Below, in pieces: positions 60,302 to 64,000 of a DNA stretch of 64,000 nt. The DNA is taken from assembly GCA_907165135.1 (NCBI GenBank), contig OU015566.1, forward strand, positions 2,170,001 to 2,234,000, given 5' to 3'. The DNA comes from Oikopleura dioica (lineage: Eukaryota; Animalia; Chordata). The notes below the pieces were generated by a model, which was not told the origin of the DNA, did no database searches, and saw nothing but the letters and a program-made list of their open reading frames with translations. Both the position numbers and the translations under genes were made by a program. Positions within the stretch are counted from its first letter, which is position 1. Each line of letters begins with the position of its first letter.

Positions 60302-60989
60302 AATAACGAAGAGTTATGATTCTCATCTCCTTCCGCGAATTCCGAAGATACTTCCGCCCCGCCCTCCAATTTTAATCAGCTCAAGCCACATAGCAAAAGG
60401 ATTTAATCGAAATTGGGAAATTTTGGGAAAAAATTTATAAAAGTTAGGATTGTTTTTTGACATATTTTTTTCACTCTTTTCAAAATCTTCTTTTCCAATT
60501 TTTTTTCAATTTTTTTTCAAAATTTTTTCTCGAATTTTTTTTCAAAATTTGATCATCCTTCGATTATTGAGAAAATTTGCGAAAGTCAAATTTCGCTGTT
60601 CATCAAATTCAGCCGCAACGGAAGCGACTTTCCTTCCTTTCGGAATGTATTTTCTTATCAGTAACATGGATTCCCTTGATTAATCCCTCGATCAACTCGA
60701 GCTGATAAGATTCCTCTTTCTTCCAAATTTGCGAATTCTAAAAGCCACAATTTCGAACGCTGCATTTGTAAAAAAGCGAATTGGTTTTTGCGATGTTCTA
60801 GTGATGATTACGGAAGTTCAAAACTGTTCAAGCGCTTCTTTCAATTTTTTTACCGAGGGCACCACTTTGCCCCGTATTTGAAACACAAGCAAAGAAAATA
60901 GTGGCCTTTACGTTTGAAACTTTTGACAATGACAACTTCCGGATGGGGATTACGAATTCACAGGAAGTAATAATCCTGTTTTAGTTTGG

Positions 60990-61420
60990 ATGAGCTAAGC
61001 CCATTTTTTGAAAAGAAAGTGATAATTGCTAATGCTTAAAAGTAGAAATCAAATTTCTGTGAGCTAAGCCAGTCCAGTTTATTTGTTCTAGAAAAAACTG
61101 AGCTAAGCAAAGCTGAGCAACTTTCAGCTAAACAATCAGAAAACTAATAAAAGCAGAGCTTTGGGCTGTGCTGTCTGACTAAGCAAAGCTAAGCTGAGCA
61201 TAGCGCATTCCATTCATCAGTTATATTAACTGAGTTTTGCCAAGCTCAGCTCAGCTTAGGTTAAGTTTTCCAAATGATAAATGAGCTAAGCTGAGGCCTC
61301 GATTGAGCTAAGCTTAGCTTAGCAGCCTTCTTTCAAAATAATGTTGAGCTAAGCCTAGCTGACCTTGTCTAAAAAATTACTGGTCGGAGCTTTCCTGAGA
61401 GCTAAGCGATCTTAGCTCAG
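60990..61420. repeat. Dispersed low-complexity repeat built from GAGCTAAGC/GCTCAGCT units
   Basis: Many GCTAAGC/GCTCAGC units; similar units occur at 20900-21070 and 35340-35510. Confidence 0.6.
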
Positions 61421-64000
61421 AAAATCTGCGACTCAGGGTTCATTCAACAAAATTATCGTTGAAAACTTGGATGACTTCAAGAACGAAAAAAATTGCTGCA
61501 AAAGCAAATCATAAAAGATATTCTTATAACAAGCAAAGTTGAGGTTAGATGTTCGAGGGCTCCGTTGAATGAAGATACCCTTATCAGCTTTTTCGGGTTT
61601 TTCTCGAGAAAGAGCTCATTTCGAATGCATTTTTTTTTCTTCTAAAATTTCAAAATCAGCTTGTAAGAAGCTGAACATAGCGGAACAGAATGATTGTAGC
61701 TGCCGGAAAAATTTATCGTTCTTGTCGGAAAAGGAAATGTTTTGGCGAAAATAATGTTGACTCAGCATTTTTTAAATTTTTTTTTTCTGAAAATTTTGCA
61801 AGAAAAATGCGGTTTTTCGAAATCATCGATTTGCAAATGTCAATTTGTTATCAACTTTGTTGTTCCAGTTGGTTCTTACCGACGATCGCCACGTTCCATC
61901 CTCCGAAAAGTGCTCTTTGGTCACTTGGCTATTTTGCTCACGATTGGCATACGTTCTATTTGAGAGATATGATCTTAAGCTTAGAAATTCAATTACCGTT
62001 TTGGTTTTTTGCTGATTAATTCATTTCTAAGGAGAACCTTACTTGACCCACTGTAAATTACCTAAGAGTTAGAGTAAGGCTCGGCGACCTGTGCGGGAAA
62101 CCTGAGTCAGGGTCAGGAAAAGGCTCTGACAAAAGTGAGATCTAGAAAAGATCTTTTATATGAGCCATTCTAGAGCCTTCAACAAATTCCCAATCCCGAG
62201 TTATAAGCCACTGAAATTTGACAAATCGACGACTACACCCTTTAATAAAAACCGTTTAGCGGTTTCGCCAGAATTTCTAATTCATTTTCATAAAAATCAT
62301 GCTTTTCTCTTGAAAAGTGTCACTCAGAGCTCAAGATCGGTGAACAATGTGAAGGCTTTCCCAAACCCACATTCTCGATCCCGGCTCAAGTCAGCGAACG
62401 ACCCGAAATCGGATTTTCGCGTGGCGAAAAATTCATGTTCACATTTTCGCCTCTCCTTCTTTGGAACTTGAATTTATCAATTTTCTGATTCGGTAGAGAA
62501 TCTCTTAGCTGTATGGAAAACAGTTACCAGCTCTTTGACACAAGTGCATTCCGAGGCGCCAACTCTTGAATAAACTCTCGAAAAGGTTCTTCTTTTCTGA
62601 AGTAGGCGAGGCGAGATTTCATAAACGTGAAGTGGGCAGGAACATTCCCTTATTTCAGGGGCCGAGGAAATCAGTTTTTGTACAGTAAGATTTTTTGACA
62701 AGAGTTTTAACATAAGAAATTACGATTCCCCTTTTCTTTCTTATCCAAAAATTGATTATTGATGGACGAAGAAGTCAAAGTAGTCAGAGAAAAAAAGAAT
62801 GATTCTGGTGTCTAAAATCCGGCATAATCCGAGGACTGAGGCGCCTTATCAGCAATCGGAAATTCAGAATAACGTGTCAACACGCTCGAACACGACTTTT
62901 CTTCCTGTTCAAGTCACGAATATTTTCATGTTCCAGCCGTCGATTTGTAGCGCCGAGAGATTTACAGTACAAACGAGACAGCTCATTCACAGCTCGATTT
63001 TTTTCCTGGATTTTTGGCTGTTTTTCTGGAAAGAAATTTTACAATGTATATTTTTTTTTGACCCAGACAAAAAATAAAGGTGCATTTTCGATTAACCAAT
63101 AAGATTGCTGTATTTTATCTGCCGGCCAATCAAAACCCTGATCGCGAAAATCACTTCCATTTTTGGTTCTGCCCATTTTCGGGTCGAACCAAAATATGGA
63201 GATGATTTTATGGATCAGGCTTCTTATTGGCCGGTAGGAATAATATAGCAATCTTATTGGTCAAACGGAAATCATTCCAATTTCTGGTTCTGCCCATTTT
63301 TTCATCCCCGAATAGGCCAAATGAGAACAGAATTATGAAAGTCTGCCGAATCTGTTCTATTTCTGGATTCAAGAATTCCAACAATCCTCGAGGAAGGCAT
63401 GCCTTGTCCTTGCCCCTCCAAATGCAAAAGCCTCCATACAGTATGTCGCAAGAATTGGCCCGCTCTTTGTCGAAGTTCAATAAATTAAAGCAATTAGTTT
63501 CTCTTTCCCCGCAAGTATTATTTTCTGTTCCGGAACGCGCGGTACTATTTCACAACTTTGATAAACGCGTTGTTTGGTTAACGACCAGTTGTTTCTTCTA
63601 TTATTTTGTGGGGAAAAGACAATTTCTAATAATTCTTTATTTATTGACTTGACGGTTTTCTGTTTTTGCGTTTTTTTGCAAATAAGAGAGAGACACCCTT
63701 AAGGACTCTAAAAACCTGTTTTTGCCCTCGACCAATCATCGGGCTATTAAATTGGCAAAAAAATTTTCGAAAATCTTAAGGGGATCACTCCGAAATCGTT
63801 GTTTAAAAAAATCATTGCCTTTTTGGGGGGGGGTCCTTAAATTGAAACAAAACTGTTTGGTCAAGCCATTCTTGCGCGAAAAACATTTATTATGTGAATA
63901 TATGATTTATTAGTTTTCGCAACACGTGACCCACGTCCGCTGCCTTTCGGCTAAATCCGGCGTCAAGAAAACGATCCTACTTTGGATTTGGGTAACGTGG

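Noticed and set aside
60350-64000. Short ORFs possibly from a decayed transposase or gene
   Set aside because: No recognisable catalytic motifs; region is repeat-rich

Overview
Eukaryotic genomic DNA with very compact genes and 35-50 nt introns, several GA-AG. This is most consistent with the appendicularian tunicate Oikopleura (inference from gene compaction and intron style; no database search was done). The window holds about 25 genes: EFCAB6-like, two RING genes, two acidic proteins, HNF1, a Cys-rich/kelch protein, several CUB proteins, IDH1, a carboxylesterase, an M14-like/PqaA fusion with a nested antisense lipase, a small secreted peptide, a mucin, AOAH and a soluble cytochrome b5. It also holds many MITEs. 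The dominant structure is a ~14.44-kb tandem duplication (13671-28110 / 28111-~42362). Its first ~11.3 kb are near-identical, its last ~3.1 kb are clearly diverged, and its junction falls in degenerate TTAGGG-type repeats. All exon structures were inferred by eye.
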